A stretch of DNA of 64,000 nt from Bacteroidales bacterium (lineage in GTDB: Bacteria > Bacteroidota > Bacteroidia > Bacteroidales > JAAUTT01), in the NCBI GenBank assembly GCA_036261135.1, contig DATALJ010000108.1:15971-79970 (forward strand), in the 5' to 3' direction. A program made the translations under genes and the position numbers. A model generated the notes under the pieces. The model did not search any database. It was not told where the DNA came from and was given only the letters and a program-made list of their open reading frames with translations. Of this stretch, positions 18,370-27,553 are shown one piece after another (within the stretch, counting starts at the first letter, position 1; each line of letters begins with the position of its first letter).

Positions 18370-19011
18370 TTAGAACTTAATAATAAGCCCTATGGAGAAG
18401 TCGCCGGTATTCACAACATCATCCAAACCAACACCAAAACCAAAGTTTGAGGTATTGTCAGTAAATTCGCTGTTGCCAGCTTCATTCTTTTCCGATTTGT
18501 AGTTATATCCGAAGGTGAAAAGGTTTACTTTTCCTTCGAGTTCCACGCGGTTACTTAATGCATAAGCAATTCCGGGAGTTACATTTAATCCAATAGCTGT
18601 AGTTTTAGGGCCGTCGGTTGAAACGCCATTCTCTTCAGTTTTCGCTTTTCCGAATACTAATGAAAGCTCAGCTTCGCCAAACAACGAAAATTTGTTCCAA
18701 TTTAAAGCATAGTATCTTGCAAAAGGAGCAATACCAAAAGCAGAATACTTGTTTATCCGATCATTGGTTGTAGGGGTCTTGGAAGTAGCAATAATGAGTT
18801 GTCCACCAAATGCAAACTTTTCTGAGAGGAAGTATCCAACTTTTGGGGTAAAAACAAACGAAGTTTCGCTTTCTTTATCCACAGAATTTCCATTGGATTT
18901 ATAACTACCACCTTCAGAGCTAAAGCTGAAACCACCACCAATAAAAAGCTGTGCGTTGGCCGAAACCCCGAGAACTAACAAGAATAATGCTACATTAAAA
19001 ATCTTTTTCAT
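18370..19011 (-). CDS. outer-membrane beta-barrel protein (porin family)
   Basis: Signal peptide MKKIFNVALFLLVLGVSANAQ, alternating strand pattern and a C-terminal SIGLIIKF. Confidence 0.6.
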   Translation of the reverse strand: MKKIFNVALFLLVLGVSANAQLFIGGGFSFSSEGGSYKSNGNSVDKESETSFVFTPKVGYFLSEKFAFGGQLIIATSKTPTTNDRINKYSAFGIAPFARYYALNWNKFSLFGEAELSLVFGKAKTEENGVSTDGPKTTAIGLNVTPGIAYALSNRVELEGKVNLFTFGYNYKSEKNEAGNSEFTDNTSNFGFGVGLDDVVNTGDFSIGLIIKF

Positions 19012-19134
19012 TTTGTTTTATTTACAATTTAATAATTGTCCTATTTTCAGGTATTGGGACTTTTACCCCCTACTCTTCAGTGGATTTTCGGGTATCTCCA
19101 TAATCCATGAGCCTTTATAATAAAGGTATTTCAC

Positions 19135-19162
19135 ATGATGAAAGACATACAACTTTCATCAT
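19135..19162 (-). terminator. stem-loop downstream of fabH
   Basis: ATGATGAAAG-8nt-CTTTCATCAT is a perfect 10-bp stem. No clear T-run. Confidence 0.45.
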
Positions 19163-19192
19163 CCAATTAAGTTCAATCTTTTTTAGTTGCGA

Positions 19193-20188
19193 TCAGGAAT
19201 TATAGGCCCATTTCAGGTACATGGATCCCCACGTAAAACCACCACCAAATGCTGAGATAATGAGGTTATCTCCTTTCTTCAGGCTCTTTTCGAGTTCCCA
19301 CATACACAAAGGAATGGTTGCAGCGGTTGTATTACCATAGCGCTGAATATTGATCATTACCTTGTCTTTACTTATTCCCATGCGGCGTCCAACAGCATCT
19401 ATTATCCTGAGGTTGGCCTGGTGTGGTATAAACCATGCAATATCATCGGGCTGTAGATTATTCTTCTCCATCATAGCTACAGACACATCGGCCATTTTAG
19501 TTACAGCCACTTTAAATACAGCCTGGCCATCCTGGTAAATATAATGTTCCTTGGCATCAACTGTTTGATGTGAGGCAGGTTTATACGATCCGCCCGCTTT
19601 TAAATTTAGCAATTCTTTGGCATAACCATCAATATGAAGTAAGCTGTCCATTACGCCAATTTCCTCGGTTGTAGGCTCAAGCATTAATGCAACCGCAGCA
19701 TCGCCAAACAAAACACAGGTTGTACGATCGGTATAATCCGTAATTGCCGACATTTTATCGCCAGCAACTAGTATAACTTTCTTATGATTTCCGCTTTCTA
19801 TAAATTGAATAGCAGTTTGCAACGAAAACAAGAATCCACAACAGGCAGCGCTTACGTCAAATCCATAGGCATTCTTAATTCCTGCTTTATGTGCTATAAG
19901 GCATGCAGTGGAAGGAAACATCATGTCGGGCGTAATGGTGCCGACTACGACTAATTCAACTTCTTCGGGCTTGGTTCCGGTTTTAGCTAGTAATTTTTTT
20001 ACGGCTTCTGCTCCCATGTCTGAAGTAGCGAGACCTTCACCTTTTAAAATTCTTCTTTCCTTAATACCTACACGCTGCATGATCCATTCATCGGATGTTT
20101 CAACCATACGGCTTAATTCTTCGTTGGTTAAAACATAGTCAGGCAGAAAGGCTTCTATACCTGTGATGGCTGCTCTAATTTTACTCAT
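19193..20188 (-). CDS. fabH: beta-ketoacyl-ACP synthase III
   Basis: 331 aa with [46 protein letters not shown], active-site context DVSAACCGF and C-terminal HQANLRI ... GGGFTWGS. Confidence 0.9.
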   Translation of the reverse strand: MSKIRAAITGIEAFLPDYVLTNEELSRMVETSDEWIMQRVGIKERRILKGEGLATSDMGAEAVKKLLAKTGTKPEEVELVVVGTITPDMMFPSTACLIAHKAGIKNAYGFDVSAACCGFLFSLQTAIQFIESGNHKKVILVAGDKMSAITDYTDRTTCVLFGDAAVALMLEPTTEEIGVMDSLLHIDGYAKELLNLKAGGSYKPASHQTVDAKEHYIYQDGQAVFKVAVTKMADVSVAMMEKNNLQPDDIAWFIPHQANLRIIDAVGRRMGISKDKVMINIQRYGNTTAATIPLCMWELEKSLKKGDNLIISAFGGGFTWGSMYLKWAYNS

Positions 20189-20232
20189 TTATTACGTATT
20201 TAAATTGTAAAACAAATCGGGGCTAAAGTTAA

Positions 20233-20985
20233 TTATCTTTTGGTTCGCACAAGCGACAAAACTCCGTTTATAAACGTTAAAGGATGCACAGGATTGCCTG
20301 GCACATATAAATCGATGGTATGTTTATCGAGAAATGACCGGTTAATTGCCGGACTATCAACGAATATGCCACCACTAATAGCATCTGTTCCCGCTAAAAT
20401 AATTATTTTGGGAGAAGGGATTGCGTTATACGTCATTTCTAGTGCGTCAGCCATATTGTGAGAGATAGGACCGGTAATTACAATCCCATCGGCGTGGCGG
20501 GGCGATGCCACAAACTCAATCCCAAAGCGGCCCATATCGAAGTTTACATTACTACATGCGTTCAACTCCCATTCGCAGCTGTTATCGCCGGCAGCCGAAA
20601 CCTGACGGAGCTTAAGCGATCCTTTAAAGAAGGAATAAATCTCCTTGCGTATCTTGTCTGGATTAACCTCTATGGGGGCATCCACGTTTTCACCGAGTAT
20701 TAAACGGTGCCTATCGTTGGTTGATAGCTTGTAATCCTTTGTAAACTTTATTTTCTCCGGGAATTCACGGGCACATTCCCCACAGAACGTGCATTTACCC
20801 AAATCTATCCGTACAGGATTTGAAAGAATAGCATCTGTGGGGCAAAGCGCCACTAATGACAGTTCATCAACCTTTACATCGGTAATTACAGGCCTTCCCC
20901 TGAAAATACCAGGAACCTGCGCTTTGGTAACGTCTGGTATGTATTGTTTACCCTGATGGTATAATATTTTAATATTTTCCAGCAT
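20233..20985 (-). CDS. ferredoxin-like domain fused to a NuoB/HycG-like small subunit, proximal-cluster ligands degenerate
   Basis: The C-terminal half, GRFGIEFVASPRHADGIVITGP...PSPKIIILAGTDAISGG...YVPGNPVHP, matches the NuoB/HycG pattern. However D, D and N sit where cysteines are expected. The N-terminus carries LCPTDAI and CTFCGECAREFP. Confidence 0.75.
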   Translation of the reverse strand: MLENIKILYHQGKQYIPDVTKAQVPGIFRGRPVITDVKVDELSLVALCPTDAILSNPVRIDLGKCTFCGECAREFPEKIKFTKDYKLSTNDRHRLILGENVDAPIEVNPDKIRKEIYSFFKGSLKLRQVSAAGDNSCEWELNACSNVNFDMGRFGIEFVASPRHADGIVITGPISHNMADALEMTYNAIPSPKIIILAGTDAISGGIFVDSPAINRSFLDKHTIDLYVPGNPVHPLTFINGVLSLVRTKR

Positions 20986-21027
20986 TTTTTTTCTTCATTT
21001 TCAAATTTCAAATTACCTCAATTCAAA

Positions 21028-22527
21028 TTATAGATCGTGGCCACAATAAGAAAGATTGAAGCTCTTGTTACATATAGGAAAATCGGAGATTTCATTGTTT
21101 CGTACCGCCAAGGCTAACGCCAACCAGTTATGGAATGAAGGATCCTTAATTTTATATGTAGCGAGCTCGCCTGCATTATCGGTTATAGCGGCATGGCAGA
21201 TCTCACCGCGCCATCCTTCGGTTAATGAGATGGCAAATGTATTTGGCATTAAGCGCATATCAGCTTTAGACGGTGTTACCTGCTCAGAGACCTGATTCAA
21301 CAATTGTTTTATATAACCAAGCGATTGCTGAACCTCCTGTTTTCGTATCTGCGTGCGGGAATATACATCGCCATGATGTTTAATAATAGGTTCATGATTG
21401 AACTCACTGTACAAGCCGTATGGATGCGACTTACGAATATCCCGTTCCAGCGCATTCATACGCGCTGCCATACCCACCGTACCGATCGATTCCAATTGCT
21501 CTTTGGACAATGCTCCTGTACGTTCCAAGCGTGAAAGTGCGCTGGGTAAGGTCGAAGTCTGCTGGTACATTTCGTAGAATTCGGGTTCGTAAGCGTTTAA
21601 AATTTCTATAAACCGATTGGCCAGTTCTGCTGTATACGGATATTGGTTTCGTCCCGGGCGAATAAGTCCCTTGGCTAAACGATTACCACACCACTCCTGA
21701 AAATAGTTAATAATAGGCGTTCGCAATCGTCCAAACACGGAGCTTCCCAGTTGGTAAGCTATATCGGTGCTTATTGCACTTAAATCGCCGGTATGAATGG
21801 CAACCCGTTCGATTTCCTGCGCCAAAGTCCTTGCAAATAATATATCGCGACCGGCTTCAAATCCCGAAAGGCTCTCCCACAAATAGGCAAAGGCAGTGGT
21901 ATGCCCTACAACACTGTCGCCAGCAATATTTTCCGCTAACGTAGTGCGCTGCAACAACTTCTTTTTATTCAGGAATAAGTGTTCTACCCCCCTATGCTGA
22001 AATCCGAGTTGTATTTCAAGGTGCAAAATCTGCTCTCCGTTGCATACAAAACGGAAATGCCCAGGCTCTATAACACCTGCATGAACCGGACCTACTCCTA
22101 CTTCGTGCAATTCCTCACTTTCAATACCAAAGAAAGGGTAATTGCCAATTACCTGGCTTTGATCAGCCCTGTTGAATGGGTATTTTACAGGTTTTAGCCA
22201 TGGGTGGCCAACAAAGTTAACACCAAAGTTTTCGTGTATCTCACGTTCAAATTTCTCAAACGAGAGATGCCTGGTTGTAAAAGACTCCAATGAGGCTTTA
22301 GGATCCACAATGCACGAAGAAACCATGATATTGTGCTGCTGATCGTCTGCAATACAGCAAATAAGCTTTATGCCATTATCGGTACGATACCCAAAATAGG
22401 TAGCACAATGCCTTTCCTCATGTTTATCAATCAACCCTGTATTCAGTGCAAAGAATGTATTATAATCCAGTTCCGGAATACTGCTTACCGGTGTTGTTCC
22501 CTGGTTTTGTATAGTGATATATTCCAT
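21028..22527 (-). CDS. fused NuoC-NuoD/HycE(HyfG)-like large subunit lacking NiFe ligands
   Basis: GPVHAGVIEPGHFRF...LEIQLGFQHRGVEH is the conserved group-4 hydrogenase/NuoD core. The CGxC site reads NIAGDSVVGH and the C-terminus reads SFNLSYCGHDL. There is no CxxC anywhere in the 499 aa. Confidence 0.8.
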   Translation of the reverse strand: MEYITIQNQGTTPVSSIPELDYNTFFALNTGLIDKHEERHCATYFGYRTDNGIKLICCIADDQQHNIMVSSCIVDPKASLESFTTRHLSFEKFEREIHENFGVNFVGHPWLKPVKYPFNRADQSQVIGNYPFFGIESEELHEVGVGPVHAGVIEPGHFRFVCNGEQILHLEIQLGFQHRGVEHLFLNKKKLLQRTTLAENIAGDSVVGHTTAFAYLWESLSGFEAGRDILFARTLAQEIERVAIHTGDLSAISTDIAYQLGSSVFGRLRTPIINYFQEWCGNRLAKGLIRPGRNQYPYTAELANRFIEILNAYEPEFYEMYQQTSTLPSALSRLERTGALSKEQLESIGTVGMAARMNALERDIRKSHPYGLYSEFNHEPIIKHHGDVYSRTQIRKQEVQQSLGYIKQLLNQVSEQVTPSKADMRLMPNTFAISLTEGWRGEICHAAITDNAGELATYKIKDPSFHNWLALALAVRNNEISDFPICNKSFNLSYCGHDL

Positions 22528-22530
22528 AAA

Positions 22531-23958
22531 CTACTTAGGTAAAATGTTTATAGCATCGTATATAAGGCTGTTAAAAGCGGCAGGCGGATTTAAACCAAGC
22601 CACATAGCCGCAAACAACAGTAAATACTGGGTTAACGATTCCCATGGATTTATTTTAGGCACACTTCCTTCGTCAAATCCGACAGGTGGTGTGAACAGAA
22701 TCTTGAAAATGTTCTTACCAAAGGCCCAGATGATAATGGTAAGCAGCAAAAGCACCAGCAGCAAGACGATGATAAAATGACCTTCGAAAAGCGACCGGAA
22801 AATAAGAAATTCACTCACAAACATTCCTGAAGGAGGCATCGCGGTTGCGCTTATAAAACCAATTAATAGCACAATGGCGCCAGCAGGGTTATATTTAAAG
22901 TAGTTGCCTACGTGAAATATGCTCTTATTTTGAAAGACACGATACAACTGGTTGAACTGAAAGAACAGACTCGATTTAACAAAGGTATGAAGTACAATAT
23001 GCAGTAATGCCGCATAATAACCAATACCCCCTGCCGCAATTCCAAGCATTACAATACCCATGTGCTCAATGCCCGAGTAAGCCAGCATGCGTTTGATGTT
23101 CATCACCTTGGTCATGTAAACCGTAGCTACGAAAATAGAAAGTATAGCAGAAATAAGGATTACAAGGTTAGCCCAATGATGCAGCGGGGTATGGGCAACA
23201 ACTGCGTAGAAACGGAAGAACCCAACAAACCCCATATTCATAAGCACACTGGCAAGCAATGCTCCTACAGGTGCTGGCGCTGTATCTTTAGCATCGATAC
23301 CAGCCGTATACATAGGAACAAGACCCAACTTAGCTGTAAAACCAGTAAAAATAAACAGAAATGCCAGCCGCAACCAGAATGGATTCAGTTTGCTGCTATT
23401 GGCCATTAAGTTGGCGAACGAAAGATCATCGGACCCGGCATGCTGCAGCGATAGGCTTAGAAACAATATCCCAATAAAAATAAAGGTAACACTGATAGCA
23501 CAAATAAATACGTATTTCCAAACTCCCTCCAATGCTAACTTATTACGGTGATGATATATCAGAGCCGAAGCACTAAGCGTTGTTAGTTCGGTAAATATCC
23601 AGATTACCGCTATATGATTGGATAAGTAAGCTGCAGTAATAGATGTAATAAGAATGATAATGGATGAGAAATATATAGCCCTGGATTGAGGCGTTTCCTT
23701 ATGGGTTTCGATATATATATAACTATGAATAAGTGCAGGAATACTTACAATACTAAGCGTTATAAGAAGCAATAAGCCCAAAGAATCGATAGTGAAGTAT
23801 TCCAGCTCGGTGGCCTTGTGATGGTAGCAGCTGTAAATGGTAAATCCCAATTGCAATGCAGCAAAAGCCCCAATAAGTATATTATTCAAAAGCTTGTTCC
23901 GGTTAACGAAAAGCAAACCGCCAATTACAAATGCCCCTATTAAATAAATTGCAGTCAT
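22531..23958 (-). CDS. NuoN/HyfF-like antiporter-type membrane subunit
   Basis: 475 aa, about 14 TM helices, Mrp/NuoLMN-type proton-conducting membrane transporter pattern (...AKLGLVPMYTAGIDAKDTAPAPVGALLASVLMN...). Confidence 0.8.
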   Translation of the reverse strand: MTAIYLIGAFVIGGLLFVNRNKLLNNILIGAFAALQLGFTIYSCYHHKATELEYFTIDSLGLLLLITLSIVSIPALIHSYIYIETHKETPQSRAIYFSSIIILITSITAAYLSNHIAVIWIFTELTTLSASALIYHHRNKLALEGVWKYVFICAISVTFIFIGILFLSLSLQHAGSDDLSFANLMANSSKLNPFWLRLAFLFIFTGFTAKLGLVPMYTAGIDAKDTAPAPVGALLASVLMNMGFVGFFRFYAVVAHTPLHHWANLVILISAILSIFVATVYMTKVMNIKRMLAYSGIEHMGIVMLGIAAGGIGYYAALLHIVLHTFVKSSLFFQFNQLYRVFQNKSIFHVGNYFKYNPAGAIVLLIGFISATAMPPSGMFVSEFLIFRSLFEGHFIIVLLLVLLLLTIIIWAFGKNIFKILFTPPVGFDEGSVPKINPWESLTQYLLLFAAMWLGLNPPAAFNSLIYDAINILPK

Positions 23959-23973
23959 TATCTGTATTGTATA

Positions 23974-24606
23974 TTAATAATCTTTTAAATTGCTCAACTG
24001 GTCCACATCTACATCCTTAAACACGTCGCCAATCTTTTGTAAGAAGATACCCAGAATTAATACGCTGGCAAAGATGTCAAGCATTACGCCAAGGTTCACC
24101 AGCATGGGCATCTCATTACCTACAGCCAGCGAAAGTACAAACACGCCGTTTTCTATAATCAGGTAACCAATTACGTGTGTAATAATCTTTCTGCGTGATG
24201 CAATAAGGTACAATCCTGTAAACAGCGTAGAAAGCGCTACAATAAAGAATATCTTGTCCAGTTTGGTATCCTTAATGGAATTGGCGAGCAAAATCGTCAC
24301 AATAATAATAACCGTGGTAATTACCAGCGAAAGAAAATTTGGGAGGTAAGGCTCAGCCTCACGTGTAATATTATTCCGTTTCAACAGGTAACCCAAAAAG
24401 ATAGGGACAGCAAGCGCTTTGAACACAACCGTTTCCAAAAGTATGAGCACCAGGTTCAATGTATTGATCTCGTGCAGTTGAAGAAATGTAACTCCAAAGA
24501 GAATAAAGCCCTGTGCGGTTAGTATGTTGACATAGGTAATGATCCTGTTGGCAATTGAAAGGTACAACAGCGTAATAATAAATGTAATGAGCAAAACGTT
24601 TATCAT
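23974..24606 (-). CDS. HyfE-like small membrane subunit (NuoK-related)
   Basis: 210 aa, six to seven TM helices. It sits between the NuoH-like and NuoN-like genes, as hyfE does. Confidence 0.65.
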   Translation of the reverse strand: MINVLLITFIITLLYLSIANRIITYVNILTAQGFILFGVTFLQLHEINTLNLVLILLETVVFKALAVPIFLGYLLKRNNITREAEPYLPNFLSLVITTVIIIVTILLANSIKDTKLDKIFFIVALSTLFTGLYLIASRRKIITHVIGYLIIENGVFVLSLAVGNEMPMLVNLGVMLDIFASVLILGIFLQKIGDVFKDVDVDQLSNLKDY

Positions 24607-24618
24607 TTCTTCAATTTT

Positions 24619-25524
24619 TTAAATGAATTTTCCCAAAACCAACAGTACTCCGAAAAATATAAGCAGGCTCACCGACGAAAGCGCAAATATGAACTGTGCA
24701 TTATGGCTCATGCGGAAACGGGCCATAAATGATTCGATTAAACCTACTGATATGGCAAACAGCACCTGCGCCCCGGCGAATATGGCCAATGAAACAGGTA
24801 ACGAAAGTCCGCCAATAAAGAGATTCGTAATAATTGCACCATACATGGCAAATTTCAGATAGCCGGCAGACAGAATCAGTCCCAGATCGAAACCGCTATT
24901 ATCAAGTACAATCACCTCGTGTACCATAGTAAGCTCGAGATGTGTTTTTGGGTCGTCTATTGGCATTCGACTATTTTCGATCATCGCAATCATCACCAAC
25001 ACGAAGGTTGCAAGAGCACCCAACGCGTAAGTTATGTAACTACCGAGATGTAAAGCCGCAAATATGTCGTGAAAAGAAGTATAGCCAGTTAACAAAGCAA
25101 ATGAGCCCATAAGAATGAAGAATGCAGGCTCAGCAAACATCGAATACAATGCTTCGCGGCTGGCGCCCATGCCTTCGAAACTACTTCCCGTATCGAGTGC
25201 GGAAATGATAGTAAAAAACTTACCCAGGGCCAGTAAATAGGCGAAAAAGATGAAATCTCCGTCGAAACTGATCAGTCCTTTTTCACTTCCAAAGGGTACA
25301 GCGCATAAGGCCATTGCAACAGAAGAGAAATAAACAACCGGAGCCAGCTTAAACACAAAACTGGTGGTTTCGCTATATACAGCACCTTTCTTGAACAAAC
25401 GAACCACATCTTTCAAGGGCTGGAAAATGCCAGGGCCTTTCCTTCCCGCAGTAATGCTCTTGGTTCGGATAATTATTCCTGTGAAAAACAGGCTGGCTAT
25501 AAGAATTAATAATAAGCTCAGCAT
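24619..25524 (-). CDS. NuoH/HycD(HyfC)-like membrane subunit
   Basis: 301 aa. The N-terminus IIRTKSITAGRKGPGIFQPLKDVVRLFKKG matches the NuoH/HycD signature (GRxGPxxxQPxxDxxKLxxK). Confidence 0.8.
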   Translation of the reverse strand: MLSLLLILIASLFFTGIIIRTKSITAGRKGPGIFQPLKDVVRLFKKGAVYSETTSFVFKLAPVVYFSSVAMALCAVPFGSEKGLISFDGDFIFFAYLLALGKFFTIISALDTGSSFEGMGASREALYSMFAEPAFFILMGSFALLTGYTSFHDIFAALHLGSYITYALGALATFVLVMIAMIENSRMPIDDPKTHLELTMVHEVIVLDNSGFDLGLILSAGYLKFAMYGAIITNLFIGGLSLPVSLAIFAGAQVLFAISVGLIESFMARFRMSHNAQFIFALSSVSLLIFFGVLLVLGKFI

Positions 25525-25525
25525 C

Positions 25526-27553
25526 TTATATATGATTTAAAAAGTTCAAAAATACGGTTATCTTTTCGATCAGTAAGGGAACCACTATTACAGCGCCTAT
25601 AAACAATATCCCATAGAGGATGTAAATTTGAAGATTCCCATTTTGCAGGAAGGCAAAACGATCGATCGCTGTTTTTATCCATAATAGGGGTTTATCAATA
25701 AATATACGCTCAATTTTATCGTATGGGTGCGTTTCGTAATGTTTCGACGAGGGAAACACCTCTGTAATTTCAATTTCTTTTTTACCTATGTCTAAAACAG
25801 GCTTCACCAGTTTAGTATAGCTGCGCACAAATGAATTAGCTGTGTACTGTAGCTTGGTATCGGTAGTTTCATAAGCGCAACCCCAGGTAGGTTGTACTTC
25901 TACATCTCTGTTTTTTGTGGCAAGCTTACGTAATCCATATATTATAAGAATGAGTACAAGAAAGCCCGCACTGTACCAGTTAATGTCGAATAGTGAATCG
26001 ATAGCACCAACCTTGATCAGGTTCAGATTAAACACCCCCTCCTGAATAAAAAGACGGACGGGCTGTTGCAAGATCGTAATAAACAAAGTGGGGAACAATC
26101 CTATCAAAACAATCAATGTACCTATCAGATATAATGGGAAAAGCTGCCAGAATGTAACCTCCTTGATATGTTTATGCTCCTTGTGGCGCATGTTACCTAA
26201 AAATACAATTCCAAATGCCTTGGTAAAACAGAGTAAAGCAAGTCCTCCGATCATCACAAGCCCCAGAATGGCGAAAATAATTACAATTAACGATACCAGA
26301 CCGGCACTAAACAGCCAGTTGTAAATTCCACCATATATCAAAAATTCCGACACGAAGCCATTCAAAGGAGGCAATCCGCAAATAGCAAGAGCAGCAAGCA
26401 AAAACAAGAATGCCGTTTGGGGCATCTTCTTCACAAAGCCACCCATTCGCTCAATGTTCATGGAATGGATCTTCTGGTAAATATTTCCTGTACTAAAGAA
26501 CAGAAGCGACTTAAACAACGAATGATTCAGCGTATGCAGCAAAGCACCGGAAAATCCGAGTATAGCCATCCATTTATTGGCTTCGCCGATGCCTAAACAT
26601 CCAATACCTATTCCAATGCCAATTATTCCAATGTTTTCGATACTGTGATAAGCCAGTAACCTTTTCAAATTGTGCTGTATAATAGCTAACATCACTCCAT
26701 AAACGCCCGAAATAAGCGATACAAATAATATAATAAAACCAATACTGGTATAATCCGCTTTTATAAGCAATAACATGCGAAGAATACCATAAATTCCTAT
26801 CTTAATGATAACTCCAGACATCATACCCGATACATGCGAAGGAGCAGCAGGGTGTGCATAAGGCAGCCATGTATGAAAAGGAACAAATCCAGCCTTTATA
26901 GCAAAGCCAATAAAGAAACACAAGAAAAGAACTGTTCCTGCGAGTAGCGTCTGGCTCGAAGAAAAGGCTGTTATTGCAGAGAACTGATAACTACCCGTTT
27001 TATATGCAACAAATATGAAAGCCAGCATAAGGAACACAATAGAAATATGCGATTGCACCAGGTAATTGATACCTGCCTTTAATGTGTCCTCCTTGTAATG
27101 CTCAAAAATGACCAATACAAATGCCGAAACAGCCATTATTTCCCAGCAAAGAAGAAATGCCATCCCGTTTTGTACTCCACAAATGCTGATTAGCCCGGCA
27201 TGAGTAAGTATAAAAGCAATACAATGCAGTGTAATATTGTTTTTTTGGTTAATATACTGCCGCATATAATGAAAACCGTATATTCCACCGGTTATCATCG
27301 TAAAGTTAATAGTCAAAATAAACCATGCGGACAAGGCATCAACGGAAACAGGCACTTGGCCGAACGAAGTGGCACCTGTTAATACAGTTTCGAAGGTATG
27401 TCCCATCAAAGCCTGCGCTGCAACAAAAGAACTTAACAAAGCATTTGTAATTACAGCAACAAGCGCAATAATCCCCTTGCCTTTGGTTCCGGCAAACAGG
27501 ATAGCGCCTATAGCTATAAAAACGATGATTAAAAAAACACTAATCAATGCCAT
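25526..27553 (-). CDS. NuoL/HyfB-like antiporter-type membrane subunit (copy 2)
   Basis: 675 aa with TWLPYAHPAAPSHVSGMMSGVIIKIGIYGILR and ...HSLFKSLLFFSTG. C-terminal extension containing TWGCAY. Confidence 0.85.
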   Translation of the reverse strand: MALISVFLIIVFIAIGAILFAGTKGKGIIALVAVITNALLSSFVAAQALMGHTFETVLTGATSFGQVPVSVDALSAWFILTINFTMITGGIYGFHYMRQYINQKNNITLHCIAFILTHAGLISICGVQNGMAFLLCWEIMAVSAFVLVIFEHYKEDTLKAGINYLVQSHISIVFLMLAFIFVAYKTGSYQFSAITAFSSSQTLLAGTVLFLCFFIGFAIKAGFVPFHTWLPYAHPAAPSHVSGMMSGVIIKIGIYGILRMLLLIKADYTSIGFIILFVSLISGVYGVMLAIIQHNLKRLLAYHSIENIGIIGIGIGIGCLGIGEANKWMAILGFSGALLHTLNHSLFKSLLFFSTGNIYQKIHSMNIERMGGFVKKMPQTAFLFLLAALAICGLPPLNGFVSEFLIYGGIYNWLFSAGLVSLIVIIFAILGLVMIGGLALLCFTKAFGIVFLGNMRHKEHKHIKEVTFWQLFPLYLIGTLIVLIGLFPTLFITILQQPVRLFIQEGVFNLNLIKVGAIDSLFDINWYSAGFLVLILIIYGLRKLATKNRDVEVQPTWGCAYETTDTKLQYTANSFVRSYTKLVKPVLDIGKKEIEITEVFPSSKHYETHPYDKIERIFIDKPLLWIKTAIDRFAFLQNGNLQIYILYGILFIGAVIVVPLLIEKITVFLNFLNHI

